Origin: Pseudanabaena sp. UWO311
GTDB lineage: Bacteria > Cyanobacteriota > Cyanobacteriia > Pseudanabaenales > Pseudanabaenaceae
Assembly: GCA_943371975.1 (NCBI GenBank)
Contig: CALRWX020000001.1
Span: forward strand, 24,725-88,724
DNA length: 64,000 nt
Reading direction: 5' to 3'
Part shown: in pieces, positions 46,671 to 56,313 of the stretch
Position numbering within the stretch: the first letter of the stretch is position 1
Layout of the letters: each line of letters begins with the position of its first letter
Notes under the pieces: model-generated
What the model was told of the DNA's origin: nothing
Databases searched by the model: none
The model's input: only the letters and a program-made list of their open reading frames with translations
Made by a program: the position numbers and the translations under genes

Positions 46671-46724
46671 GGGTTCGACTTTGCTCACCCAGCGTGGACT
46701 GATGGCTGAGCATAACTTGGTGGG
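46671..46724. repeat. degenerate copy of hairpin family B
   Basis: gggttcgactttgctcaccc agcgtggactgat ggctgagcataacttggtggg. Confidence 0.5.
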
Positions 46725-46982
46725 ACATTTTTTATCCGCAAGTGCCTTGTCGAGCCACTATAGCGATTTTCATTTTGCCTACGGCAAAATGAAAATCGTA
46801 AACTCTTACTAGGATTGATTTTTGGTTTTCAAATGAGTACACACTCATTTGAAAACCGCTATAACTATTGATATGACGGAACCTAACTAGAGCGATCGCT
46901 ATTGATTGCAAAGTCAAATGGGGTATGAAAAGTTGTATATTGGCTAGAGTGACACATTTATAGATACAAAACTTAAAAAGCC

Positions 46983-48047
46983 TTGATAGCAACTCCCGTT
47001 AAACCAACGACAAGACGACCTGTATTTCCTTTCACCGCCGTGATCGGACAGGAAGAGATGAAGCTCGCCCTGTTGCTCAACGTCATCGACCCTAAAATCG
47101 GTGGAGTCATGGTCATGGGCGATCGCGGTACAGGCAAATCTACCACCGTTCGCGCCCTTGCCGACCTCCTACCCGAAATTGCAGTTGTCGCTGATGATCC
47201 CTTTAGCAGTCACCCCACCGACGGGGACTTGCAAAGTGAAGAAGTTCGCCAACGCATTGCCAATGGCGAAAATCTACCTGTTACCACCAAGCAAGTAATC
47301 ATGGTGGACTTGCCACTCGGCGCAACCGAAGACCGCGTTTGCGGCACGATCGATATCGAAAAAGCATTATCTGAAGGGGTAAAAGCCTTTGAAGTCGGAC
47401 TACTTGCCAAGGCAAATCGCGGCATTCTCTACATTGATGAAGTTAACCTTCTCGACGATCACCTCGTTGATGTATTGCTAGACTCTGCCGCATCTGGTTG
47501 GAATACCGTTGAGCGTGAAGGTATTTCCATTCGCCACCCCGCTCGCTTTGTGCTAGTTGGTTCAGGGAATCCCGAAGAAGGTGAGTTGCGTCCACAGTTG
47601 CTCGATCGCTTTGGCATGTATGCCGAAATTAAGACTGCACGTGATCCAGAACTACGTTTGCAAATCGTCGAAAATCGCACCACCTTTGATAACAATCCCC
47701 ACGAATTTCTATCTGAGAAGTCTGAGCAACAAGCTGAAAAGCAAAACCAAATCGTGGGAGCGCAAACTATTCTCAATGATGTAAATATTGATCGCGATTT
47801 GCGTCTCAAAATCTCAACAGTTTGTGCTGACCTGAATATTGATGGGTTGCGTGGCGATATTGTCACTACCCGTGCGGCTAAGGCTTATGCCGCTTCGGAA
47901 GGACGTAAGGAAGTAGAAGTAGATGATATCAAGGCTGTAATTGGTCTCTGTCTGCGTCACCGTCTTCGCAAAGATCCTCTTGAATCGATTGATTCAGGCT
48001 ATAAAGTCCTTAAAACTTTCAATCAGGTTTTTGGAATCGAAGAATAA
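46983..48047 (+). CDS. chlI: magnesium chelatase ATPase subunit I
   Basis: PVFPFTAVIGQEEMKLALLLNVIDPKIGGVMVMGDRGTGKST, plus Walker B ILYIDEVNLLDDHLVD. The start is non-ATG. Confidence 0.95.
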   Translation: MIATPVKPTTRRPVFPFTAVIGQEEMKLALLLNVIDPKIGGVMVMGDRGTGKSTTVRALADLLPEIAVVADDPFSSHPTDGDLQSEEVRQRIANGENLPVTTKQVIMVDLPLGATEDRVCGTIDIEKALSEGVKAFEVGLLAKANRGILYIDEVNLLDDHLVDVLLDSAASGWNTVEREGISIRHPARFVLVGSGNPEEGELRPQLLDRFGMYAEIKTARDPELRLQIVENRTTFDNNPHEFLSEKSEQQAEKQNQIVGAQTILNDVNIDRDLRLKISTVCADLNIDGLRGDIVTTRAAKAYAASEGRKEVEVDDIKAVIGLCLRHRLRKDPLESIDSGYKVLKTFNQVFGIEE

Positions 48048-48063
48048 TAATTGAGAAGACAAA

Positions 48064-48112
48064 GCATTTCCAATAAAAAACCTTTCATAGCGAGGTTTTT
48101 TATTGGAAATGC
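48064..48112. terminator. shared 20-bp-stem terminator of convergent chlI and thiL, overlapping the thiL stop
   Basis: gcatttccaataaaaaacct ttcatagcg aggttttttattggaaatgc. Confidence 0.8.
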
Positions 48113-49110
48113 TGAAAAGCTGATCGCATTTCTAATCCGTCAATTTGATCTCCTTCAATAATTTCACCAATAATTGCAGAATTAGATAATTGATTAACAA
48201 ATGGCTCGGCTAAACTCAAAGGCATACATAAAATCAGTTCAAAGTCTTCACCACCATACAAGACCCAATCTAAAGCGCGATCGCCTGCTAATGTCCTTAC
48301 TGCTTGATGAATTGGCAGCGATCGCCAAAATATTTTTGCACCGACTTTACTGGAGCGACAAATCTGGGCGATCGCATCGGCAAGTCCATCACTGCTATCC
48401 ATTCCTGAGATCGGGAAGTCCTTTACATAATTATTTTTTTTGAGAAGTTTATATAAAAGAGCAATCGCATCAAAACGGGGAATTGGACGCTGATGATAGC
48501 GGCAAATTGCATTTGCTAATTTTTCACCAGATAGAATTCGATTACCAATTTTGAGTGGAGCTAATAACTTCTGTTTGAGACTGTGATCAAATAGAAGTTC
48601 TAAACCTGCCTTAGATAGTCCATGCAGTCCCGTCATCACGATCGCATCACCAACCTGTGCCGTATATCTCTGAATGACTTGACTTTGATGAACCTGTCCA
48701 AAGGCGGTTACTGATAAAGTGCAAATTGGCGATCGCACCGTATCTCCCCCTACTAACTCTGTCCCATAGGTTCGCAAACATTCACTAAAGCCACGATAAA
48801 CACCTTCTATCCATTCAACTTCTGTATCAGGTGGCAATCCTACAGACATCACCAATCCCCAAGGTTTAGCCCCCATTGCAGCTAAATCGGATAAATTTAC
48901 AGCCGCCGCACGCCAGCCGACATCTTCAGGACTTGTAGTGCGATCGCTAAAATGCACACCATCGAGCAACATATCGGTAGTCACGACCAACTGATGCTCT
49001 GGCAAAGTTGCCCCCATCGGTGCTGCATCATCACCAACCACATCACTACAATATTGCCGAAAAATTTTCAGCAATCCTTGCTCACCTATGTTTTTAATCG
49101 TTTCTGTCAT
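48100..49110 (-). CDS. thiL: thiamine-monophosphate kinase
   Basis: VVGDDAAPM, DMLLDGVHF and the AIR-synthase-like fold pattern. Confidence 0.9.
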   Translation of the reverse strand: MTETIKNIGEQGLLKIFRQYCSDVVGDDAAPMGATLPEHQLVVTTDMLLDGVHFSDRTTSPEDVGWRAAAVNLSDLAAMGAKPWGLVMSVGLPPDTEVEWIEGVYRGFSECLRTYGTELVGGDTVRSPICTLSVTAFGQVHQSQVIQRYTAQVGDAIVMTGLHGLSKAGLELLFDHSLKQKLLAPLKIGNRILSGEKLANAICRYHQRPIPRFDAIALLYKLLKKNNYVKDFPISGMDSSDGLADAIAQICRSSKVGAKIFWRSLPIHQAVRTLAGDRALDWVLYGGEDFELILCMPLSLAEPFVNQLSNSAIIGEIIEGDQIDGLEMRSAFQHFQ

Positions 49111-49149
49111 TTATAGCGATTGATAGCACTTTGTACCCACTTAAGAAAA

Positions 49150-49356
49150 TTAAGAAGACTGCTCCAGTCTTTGCTTAATTAAACTGTCAATTTCTGAAAG
49201 ATCGGCTATTGAATGAGACATAGCAAAGATTTCTGGTGACGCACTCAGTGTAAAGCGATCGACAAATATCCGAAATGCGTCTTTGCCAATGGGATGAGCA
49301 ATGACAGAAGCTCGTAACTCTTTCTTAGTCATTGTGTTGAAATCAATCTTGATCAT
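49150..49356 (-). CDS. small hypothetical protein (68 aa; resembles cyanobacterial DUF6887-type proteins)
   Basis: GGAGG lies 5 nt before the ATG at 49354-49356 (MIKIDFNTMTKKELRASVIAHP...). The family name is from memory. Confidence 0.5.
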   Translation of the reverse strand: MIKIDFNTMTKKELRASVIAHPIGKDAFRIFVDRFTLSASPEIFAMSHSIADLSEIDSLIKQRLEQSS

Positions 49357-49551
49357 AAAAACCTCCAAAGACCATTACGATAAATCCCTATTTCTATATT
49401 ATCGCCAGCCAGTATGAATACGTTACCTGTTCTTTCATCTAGACGTAATAGAAAAATGGGAGTAAAGGTGCTTGTTAAAGATTGGCATAAGATGACACAC
49501 ATGATGCCTTGTTCGGAGGTGGGCAAAATTGATAAACCACATGAGATTTAA

Positions 49552-49584
49552 AGGTAGAAAGTTAGCACAGCTAACTTTCTACCT
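49552..49584 (-). terminator. stem-loop downstream of argC
   Basis: aggtagaaagttagc aca gctaactttctacct, 12 nt after the argC stop. Confidence 0.6.
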
Positions 49585-49595
49585 CTGGTAATAAA

Positions 49596-50654
49596 TTAAG
49601 GATAGAAAGTTAGCTTCGGTAAAGCTAATGACTCTTCCCAACCAAGCATAATATTCATACATTGCACAGCTTGGGCAGCTTGCCCTTTCATGAGGTTGTC
49701 GATCGCTGAGACTACAATAACTCGCCCTGTACGCTCATCAACTTCCACTCCGAGATAACAGAGATTTGTACCTAACGCCCATTTTGTTTGTGGAAAAGTG
49801 TTTTTGGGTAGTACCTGTACCCATTGCGAATTGCGATAAAAGGATTTATAGATCGTCAGCACATCATCCTTTACCAGACCGGGATCGCGTAATTTTGCAT
49901 ATACCGTCGAAAGAATACCTCGAATCATCGGAATTAGGTGAGGTGTAAATTGTACCAATACTTCTTGACCTGCTAGATCACTACAAACCTGTTCGATTTC
50001 AGGGGTATGACGATGATTCGCAATTCCATATGCCCCTAGAGAACCATCAGCTTCGGCAAGTAATAAATTAGTTTTAGGCTGACGACCTCCTCCTGATGTC
50101 CCCGACTTAGCATCGATGATGATTGTACTAGGATCGACTAAACCTTGTTTAAGTAATGGTTGCAGGGCTAATAAACTCGCTGTGGGATAGCAACCTGCAC
50201 AACCAACTAAATTTGCTGTCGCAATGCGATCGCGATAAATTTCAGGCAAGCCATAAACTGCCTTGGAATTAACCTCAGCATCGGTACGAGCCTCTTTGTA
50301 CCAAGATTCATAGACTTGCAGATCGGTAAAGCGATAATCTGCGGAGAGGTCAAGCACTTTGCAGCCCTTAGCTAAAAGACGTGGTGCAATTTTACTGGCA
50401 AGCCCATTGGGTAAAGATAAAAAGACAATCTGAGCGCGATCGGCAATTTCTTCTGGTTCCAAATTTTCGATGGGTAAATTCACGGCATGAGCAATATGTG
50501 GGTAAAGATCAGCAAAATTTTGCCCCACAGAACCACTGCCACCCATATAGGTAATGTCAACTAATGGATGCTCTACCAGCAATCTAACCAATTGGATACC
50601 GCCATAACCAGATGCGCCAATAATACCTACGGGGATACGATTCTGCGAGCTCAT
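49596..50654 (-). CDS. argC: N-acetyl-gamma-glutamyl-phosphate reductase
   Basis: [11 protein letters not shown] and the active-site region GCAGCYPT. Confidence 0.95.
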   Translation of the reverse strand: MSSQNRIPVGIIGASGYGGIQLVRLLVEHPLVDITYMGGSGSVGQNFADLYPHIAHAVNLPIENLEPEEIADRAQIVFLSLPNGLASKIAPRLLAKGCKVLDLSADYRFTDLQVYESWYKEARTDAEVNSKAVYGLPEIYRDRIATANLVGCAGCYPTASLLALQPLLKQGLVDPSTIIIDAKSGTSGGGRQPKTNLLLAEADGSLGAYGIANHRHTPEIEQVCSDLAGQEVLVQFTPHLIPMIRGILSTVYAKLRDPGLVKDDVLTIYKSFYRNSQWVQVLPKNTFPQTKWALGTNLCYLGVEVDERTGRVIVVSAIDNLMKGQAAQAVQCMNIMLGWEESLALPKLTFYP

Positions 50655-51019
50655 AAATCTACTCCATCAAAATGTTAGAAATGCTTTTCGAGTTTGGGCT
50701 AATAACTTAGCATGACTGCTATATTTTGCCCATACTAACTAACGTAAATGTAAAGCATATTTTATGCAGAAACAATTTATGTACAATTGAAGATCTTTTA
50801 GTTTTTAGTTTTTTAGTAAATTTGGGGATGTCCCTCAAGATAGACTTCTAGTTGAGATGGTGACTCTCAAACACTTATTTCAAAATAAATCACCTGTGCG
50901 GGTGAATAAATATGCATTGCATTTATGTGAAGTTTTACCAATACAAAACAAAGCCAAAAAGATGGGGAATTTAGATTTAATTTTGTATAGCAGTCATAAA
51001 TCATTTATGAGAAAAATTG

Positions 51020-51072
51020 GGCTTCGACTTCGCTCAGCCAAAATATCCAGATGGCTGAGCGAAGTCGAAGCC
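51020..51072. repeat. dispersed hairpin repeat, family B
   Basis: ggcttcgacttcgctcagcc aaaatatccagat ggctgagcgaagtcgaagcc. Flanking aaatcattta(t/g)g motifs occur on both sides. Confidence 0.85.
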
Positions 51073-51528
51073 TCTCTCAAATCATTTAGGATTGCTATAT
51101 TACCTATTTTGGCAGGTGTATATAGTAATTCTCTAGTAACTAAACCATATAAAACAAATAAAATAAAGTCGATAGTAGGGATCTAAATGACTAATATCTA
51201 TTGTAATGACGATTCTTTTTGAACGCATCTACAATATTGTGATTCCGACAATCTATCTTTACATCAAGAGAGATTTTAAAAGTATTTTTTTCGTATTTCC
51301 ATATATTTGCCATCTCTGTATAATTTCGTCATAGTATGATTTTCAAAATACTATGACACTTAATCAAGATGTTTTTAAATTTAGTCTAATATTTTTGTCC
51401 AATGTGTTTAAAAATGTACGACAATATTTAAGTATATCTAAGTGGCTCAAAATCCACAAATTTGAAAAATCTTACTATTTTTAGAGAAAGATTTTCAGCT
51501 TTGAAACCTTGAAATTTCTGATAATCCT

Positions 51529-51921
51529 ATGACAGACACAGTAAATGCTCCTTTAACAGGAAAGGCTCTTCTGCAAAAGGCAAAAGAGCTTAATAACCTA
51601 CCTAAGCGCGAACAGGCTAAAAAATGTGGTTATTTTACACGGGGGAAAGACGGTGTAGATCGTGTGAATTTGACAGAGTTTTATGAAGCAGTGCTTGCTG
51701 CTAGGGGCTTTGCAATTAATCCTGAACAGAATAAAGATGGTCGTGGTCGTGAACCAACGTTTCGCGTCAGTGTCCATAAAAATGGTCAAATTGTGATTGG
51801 TTCTACCTATACACGCTCGATGGGCTTGAATGAAGGAGATGAGTTTGAAATCAAACTTGGATATAAACATATTCATTTAATTCAGCTAACTAATGATCAG
51901 TCAGAAGATAGTGAAGAATAA
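51529..51921 (+). CDS. cyanobacterial AbrB-family transcriptional regulator (cyAbrB/CalA-type)
   Basis: 130 aa. The N-terminal LTGKALLQKAKEL...KCGY segment and the C-terminal swapped-hairpin AbrB domain (IVIGSTYTRSMGLNEGDEFEIKLGYKHIHL) are present. Confidence 0.85.
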   Translation: MTDTVNAPLTGKALLQKAKELNNLPKREQAKKCGYFTRGKDGVDRVNLTEFYEAVLAARGFAINPEQNKDGRGREPTFRVSVHKNGQIVIGSTYTRSMGLNEGDEFEIKLGYKHIHLIQLTNDQSEDSEE

Positions 51922-52168
51922 TTGTCTAACTCTCTAGATTTAGTATGTACTAGCATATAAGCCTTATTAGTTTATATGCTGACATTTATCTTGTGGTTAA
52001 GAGATTAGGAATGTAAATTTAAAAACTTGCTGAGTTAATACATTTAGCTACTACAACTCAGTAAGAAGTAAGCGAGAGAATTAATGCTGCTTGACTAAGT
52101 AGGTGTTCATTTTTCTCGCTTTTTTATTTACTCTATTTTTAGGTTTGTTTTTGATTTCTAGGTTTTTT

Positions 52169-52963
52169 ATGCAACTTGTAGATACTCACGTCCACATTAA
52201 TTTTAAAGATTTTCAGACTGATCTTAATGAAGTGCGCGATCGCTGGTTAGCGAATGGTGTGACTAAGTTAATACATTCCTGTGTCAGTCCTGATGAATTC
52301 ATGCACATTCAATCAATCGCTGAGCAATTTCCTGAAGTTAGTTTTGCTGTAGGACTACATCCTTTAGACAAAAATCTCAATGAGAAAGGCTGGAATCCTG
52401 AAATAGGTGATCGCATTAAGAGCTTAGCAATTAGCGATCGAAGGGTAGTCGCGATCGGTGAAACAGGCTTAGATTTTTTTAAGTCTGATAGCAAAGAGGC
52501 TCAAATTGAGGCTTTTAAATCGCAATTACGCACAGCGCGATCGCTAAATTTGCCCGTTATCATTCATTCCCGCGAAGCCTCGATCGCCACCCGTGAAGTG
52601 TTGCAAGAAATTAATGCTGAATCGCCCAACGGGTCAATTCGCGGGGTGATGCACTGCTGGGCAGGTAATCCCGAAGAAACACAATGGTTTCTAGATTTGG
52701 GGATGTATATCAGTTTTAGTGGGGTGGTTACATTTAAAAATGCCCATGACTTACATGAGTCAGCCAAAATTGTACCTAGCGATCGCATCCTAGTAGAAAC
52801 CGATTGCCCATTTCTCGCGCCCGTTCCGAGACGAGGCAAACGCAATGAACCTGCCTATGTGCTACATGTGGCGGAAAGCGTTGCAAAGTTAAGAAATGTT
52901 GATCTAGCCACTTTTGCTGAGCAAACTACCAGCAACGCATTTACCTTATTTGCACTTACTTAG
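52169..52963 (+). CDS. tatD: TatD-family metal-dependent DNase/hydrolase
   Basis: [25 protein letters not shown] and [10 protein letters not shown] prefer the ATG at 52169. Confidence 0.9.
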   Translation: MQLVDTHVHINFKDFQTDLNEVRDRWLANGVTKLIHSCVSPDEFMHIQSIAEQFPEVSFAVGLHPLDKNLNEKGWNPEIGDRIKSLAISDRRVVAIGETGLDFFKSDSKEAQIEAFKSQLRTARSLNLPVIIHSREASIATREVLQEINAESPNGSIRGVMHCWAGNPEETQWFLDLGMYISFSGVVTFKNAHDLHESAKIVPSDRILVETDCPFLAPVPRRGKRNEPAYVLHVAESVAKLRNVDLATFAEQTTSNAFTLFALT

Positions 52964-53049
52964 GCTTATATAGCGCTTTGCGCTTTCTTGAAGAGAGTTG
53001 TGCCCGCAACTCTCTTCTTAAGTTTTTCAATTACAGCTAAAATTGATCT

Positions 53050-54243
53050 ATGCAGATATATCTAGATCACGGTGCTACTAGCCCTGCGCGTCCAGAAGTC
53101 ATTGACCTAATGGCAGAAGTAATGCGATCGCAATGGGGAAATCCCTCTAGCCTCCATTGGTGGGGTGAACGTTCAACGACGACGGTCGAACGCGCCCGCT
53201 TGCAAGTGGCAAGCTTACTGAATGCCGAGCCTGAAGGAATTATTTTCACATCGGGGGGAACCGAGTCAGACAATATGGCTTTGATGGGAATTGCGCGGCA
53301 ATATCAAACGCCCCAACATATGATTATTTCCTCAGTGGAGCATTCCGCAGTCCGCTTACCTGCTGAATATTTAGAACAACATGGCTGGGAAATTACGCGA
53401 TTACCCGTTGACCGCGAAGGCAAAGTTTCTCCTCAAGACTTGGAGCGATCGCTGCGCCCTAACACTGTACTAGTATCGATAATTACTGCCCAAAATGAAG
53501 TTGGCACAATTCAACCAATTGAAAAGCTAGGACAAATTTGTCGTCATGCTGATGTCTTGTTTCACACTGATGCTGTGCAAGCGATTGGCAAAATACAAAT
53601 TGATGTGCAGTCCTTACCCATGGATCTGCTCTCCCTTTCAGCTCATAAGTTTTATGGCACTCAAGGTATCGGAGCGCTATATATTCATCCCCTGATTATT
53701 AAAAAACATTCATTCGTCCCCCTAAATTTAGGCGGTGGTCAAGAGCAAGGCTATCGGTCAGGTACACAGGCTGTCGCGGCGATCGCAGGTTTAGGACTTG
53801 CTGCCGAATTAGCCGAAAAAGAATTAGTTACTGAATCTCAACGCCTCGTAGAACTGCGTGATCGCCTCTATACCCTACTTGCCGATATTCCCGAACTCTT
53901 CCCAACGGGCAGCCTCGAACGATTACCCCATCATCTCAGCTTCTATCACGGATATTACGATGGTCGCCGCCTTGTCCGAGAACTAAATTACGCAGGTATT
54001 GCTATTAGCTCTGGTTCGGCGTGTAGTAGTGGTGCGATCGAGCCAAGCCCTATTTTATTAGAGATGGGATATTCCGAAGTAGAAGCCAGAAATAGTATTC
54101 GCCTAACCCTCGGAAAATCTACCAACGCCAATGATATTGAATGGACATCATTAGTCATCCATCAAATTCTGAACCGCTTAGGACTTACGGATCGGCTAGA
54201 TGTAGCGCGTGCGAAGCACGCGCTACATCTAGCTAAAACCTAG
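53050..54243 (+). CDS. cysteine desulfurase (NifS/IscS-like class V aminotransferase); the 3' end is supplied by a repeat element
   Basis: IYLDHGATSP, TSGGTESDN and SAHKFYGTQGIGALY (PLP-lysine). The last ~22 codons (LGLTDRLDVARAKHALHLAKT*) lie inside repeat family A. Confidence 0.9.
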   Translation: MQIYLDHGATSPARPEVIDLMAEVMRSQWGNPSSLHWWGERSTTTVERARLQVASLLNAEPEGIIFTSGGTESDNMALMGIARQYQTPQHMIISSVEHSAVRLPAEYLEQHGWEITRLPVDREGKVSPQDLERSLRPNTVLVSIITAQNEVGTIQPIEKLGQICRHADVLFHTDAVQAIGKIQIDVQSLPMDLLSLSAHKFYGTQGIGALYIHPLIIKKHSFVPLNLGGGQEQGYRSGTQAVAAIAGLGLAAELAEKELVTESQRLVELRDRLYTLLADIPELFPTGSLERLPHHLSFYHGYYDGRRLVRELNYAGIAISSGSACSSGAIEPSPILLEMGYSEVEARNSIRLTLGKSTNANDIEWTSLVIHQILNRLGLTDRLDVARAKHALHLAKT

Positions 54244-54250
54244 TAAATTC
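54178..54250. repeat. dispersed hairpin repeat, family A (inverted relative to 41393-41461)
   Basis: ttaggacttacggatcgg ctagatgtagcgcgtgc gaa gcacgcgctacatctag ctaaaacctagtaaattc. Confidence 0.85.
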
Positions 54251-54488
54251 TTTGGTCTTTACTCAAGCGGCGATAATTGCCAATCTAAGCATAGGTTCTT
54301 TCAACAACCCAACGCTTTGAAAATTAGCCCTGCACTTACTTTTCCCCTCCTACGATTCATAGATGGTCTAGGTTCGACACTTTTATGTCTGCATTTTTTG
54401 TATTAATTTTTCTTTACTCTTTGTTGGCTTTCTCATTGCCTTTCGTTTATTATTTTACCCTTCCATTACGAGTGGAATGTTGGTTATA

Positions 54489-54587
54489 AGTGCTTGTGCA
54501 AAATAAATTACCAAAACCCGTAAAGTTGCGCCCCAAAGGGGCGCAACTTTACGGGTTTTGGTTTGTAATTAATTATGCCTAACTACT
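54489..54587. mobile_element. MITE (99 bp), same family as 43357-43491, flanked by TA
   Basis: TA|agtgcttgtgcaaaataaattacc ... ggtttgtaattaattatgcctaactact|TA. The internal perfect hairpin is accaaaacccgtaaagttgcgcccc aaa ggggcgcaactttacgggttttggt. Confidence 0.7.
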
Positions 54588-54661
54588 TATATCAATTTTT
54601 TCTTTCACTTTCCTAATTCACTTATTGAGCCAAAAGGTTTAATTGCGCTTTGAAACGATAT

Positions 54662-56215
54662 TTAACGTACATATTTTAAGCTTTCTGTATTCTTAAAGAA
54701 GAAATCAGTAAAGAGACTAATAACAGTGCGCTCACGAATTTTAATATTTGCAGTTAAAGACATACCTGACTGCAAATTAATTTTCCTGTATTCGTTAATT
54801 TTGATGGCTTGTTTCTCAATCTGAACTTTAGCGGGGAATCGATAGGTAGGATTGGATTGATCGGGGGGAAGGGCATCAGAACCAATCCAAACTAGTTTTC
54901 CTTTAATATCACCAAATTCACTGAAAGGAAAAGAATCTAACCGCACATCAACGGGCATTCCTTCTTTAACAAAGCCGATATCTTGGTTAGTGATAAATAT
55001 TTTGGCGACCAATTGATCATCAGGAACTATTTTGAGAACACTTTCAGAAGTGCTGATATTCGCCACATAACCTAGCCCTGCTTTTAGCTCAAAGACTGTT
55101 CCTGAGACAGGAGCGCGTAACTCTTGATATTGCAAGGTGACAGATGCTTGACTAATCTGTCCTTCAACTTCGGCAAGACGTTTGCTGTTCTCTACTAGAG
55201 CCTTGGTCAACTGACTGTCGATTTCGGCAATTCGCTTGGTATTGTCAGCTATTTGCACTGTCAACTCTTTACGATTAGTGTCAAAGGTGTTATTTAGACG
55301 CGATCGCCCTTCTGTGATCGCTGCCATAAAACGCATTTCTTCCTGTTGCAGTTGACGGATTTCTGACTCAGTATTCTTGACCTCTTCCTGTTGTTTGAGA
55401 TATTGAATCCGCGCAATTGCCCCTTCATCGAAGGCATTTTTAATATCGTTAAGAATCTTTTTATTGATCGCTAGAGATTCTTGCCGAGCGAGCCGTTTCG
55501 TTTGAGTTTGGTTAAGCTGTTCAATTGTTTGCAAGATATTTGCCTCCGCCGCTTGCGATCGCGAATTTAGTTCTGATTGATTCGCTCTGAGCCGCTCCCT
55601 CTGATCGCCAGAAAGATCTGCGCCACCACCATTAAGCTGGATTCGATAGAGTTGTGATTCGGAAACAAGAGCCTCACGGTTACTGGCTAGTGATAATAAT
55701 TCGGCAGGGACAGCTATAGCTTTTTTAGTGGTAATTGGTGTGCGATCGCCAGTGAGAACAGATCGATAAAACTGATTTTCTTCTTGGAGATTCTGGCGCA
55801 GCTTCTGCAAGGATTCAAGTTGGGCTTTTGCTGCAGTGGCATCAATGCGTAATAGGACTTGTCCCTCAACAACCCGTTCACCATCCTTAACCAAAATTTC
55901 CTTAAGTACACCAGTGGCAGGTGTTTTGACTTCTTTGACAGTTCCCTGTGGTTCCAATTTGCCTTGGGCTGGTACTGATTCTTCGATTTTCGCGATCCAA
56001 GCCCAAATTAGCCCAAAGGTAACAGAACCAATTAATGTCCATAAAATCGCCTGTGTCCATTTTGATGATTGCCGTAGGACTAGTGGCTGATCAAAAGCTT
56101 GTGTATCATTCTCAAAGGCTTTGCCCGCATTGTCTTCATGAAGTCCATCAGATTGGATGCGATTGGCTTCTGGACTCAAACCGTTATTTACCGCCTTCAC
56201 ATTTACATCAGTCAT
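54662..56215 (-). CDS. HlyD-family type I secretion membrane-fusion protein
   Basis: 517 aa: N-terminal TM, lipoyl-like motif (GVLKEILVKDGERVVEGQVLLRID), a long coiled coil and a C-terminal beta-barrel. Confidence 0.9.
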   Translation of the reverse strand: MTDVNVKAVNNGLSPEANRIQSDGLHEDNAGKAFENDTQAFDQPLVLRQSSKWTQAILWTLIGSVTFGLIWAWIAKIEESVPAQGKLEPQGTVKEVKTPATGVLKEILVKDGERVVEGQVLLRIDATAAKAQLESLQKLRQNLQEENQFYRSVLTGDRTPITTKKAIAVPAELLSLASNREALVSESQLYRIQLNGGGADLSGDQRERLRANQSELNSRSQAAEANILQTIEQLNQTQTKRLARQESLAINKKILNDIKNAFDEGAIARIQYLKQQEEVKNTESEIRQLQQEEMRFMAAITEGRSRLNNTFDTNRKELTVQIADNTKRIAEIDSQLTKALVENSKRLAEVEGQISQASVTLQYQELRAPVSGTVFELKAGLGYVANISTSESVLKIVPDDQLVAKIFITNQDIGFVKEGMPVDVRLDSFPFSEFGDIKGKLVWIGSDALPPDQSNPTYRFPAKVQIEKQAIKINEYRKINLQSGMSLTANIKIRERTVISLFTDFFFKNTESLKYVR

Positions 56216-56260
56216 ATTACTTCACCTGTATCTACTAAAACGTATTTATGAATTTTTATG

Positions 56261-56290
56261 GTGCTTTGTGGTGCTTTGTGGTGCTTGCGT
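56261..56290. repeat. 10-bp tandem repeat (gtgctttgtg x2 plus gtgcttgcgt) in the ABC-hlyD intergenic spacer
   Basis: Direct reading. Confidence 0.8.
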
Positions 56291-56313
56291 TCTATTTATT
56301 AGTAACCTATCGA

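Noticed and set aside
46666-46690. tRNA-like GGTTCGA string (also at 54369-54376)
   Set aside because: No acceptor stem or anticodon arm can be folded around either site. The first is part of the degenerate family-B hairpin.
46732-46992. 86-aa minus-strand ORF upstream of chlI
   Set aside because: It spans a hairpin (46823-46858) and overlaps the chlI start. It has no recognisable features.
50857-51186. 109-aa ORF in the argC-cyAbrB spacer
   Set aside because: It reads straight through the family-B hairpin repeat (51020-51072) in an AT-rich promoter region, so it is almost certainly not coding.
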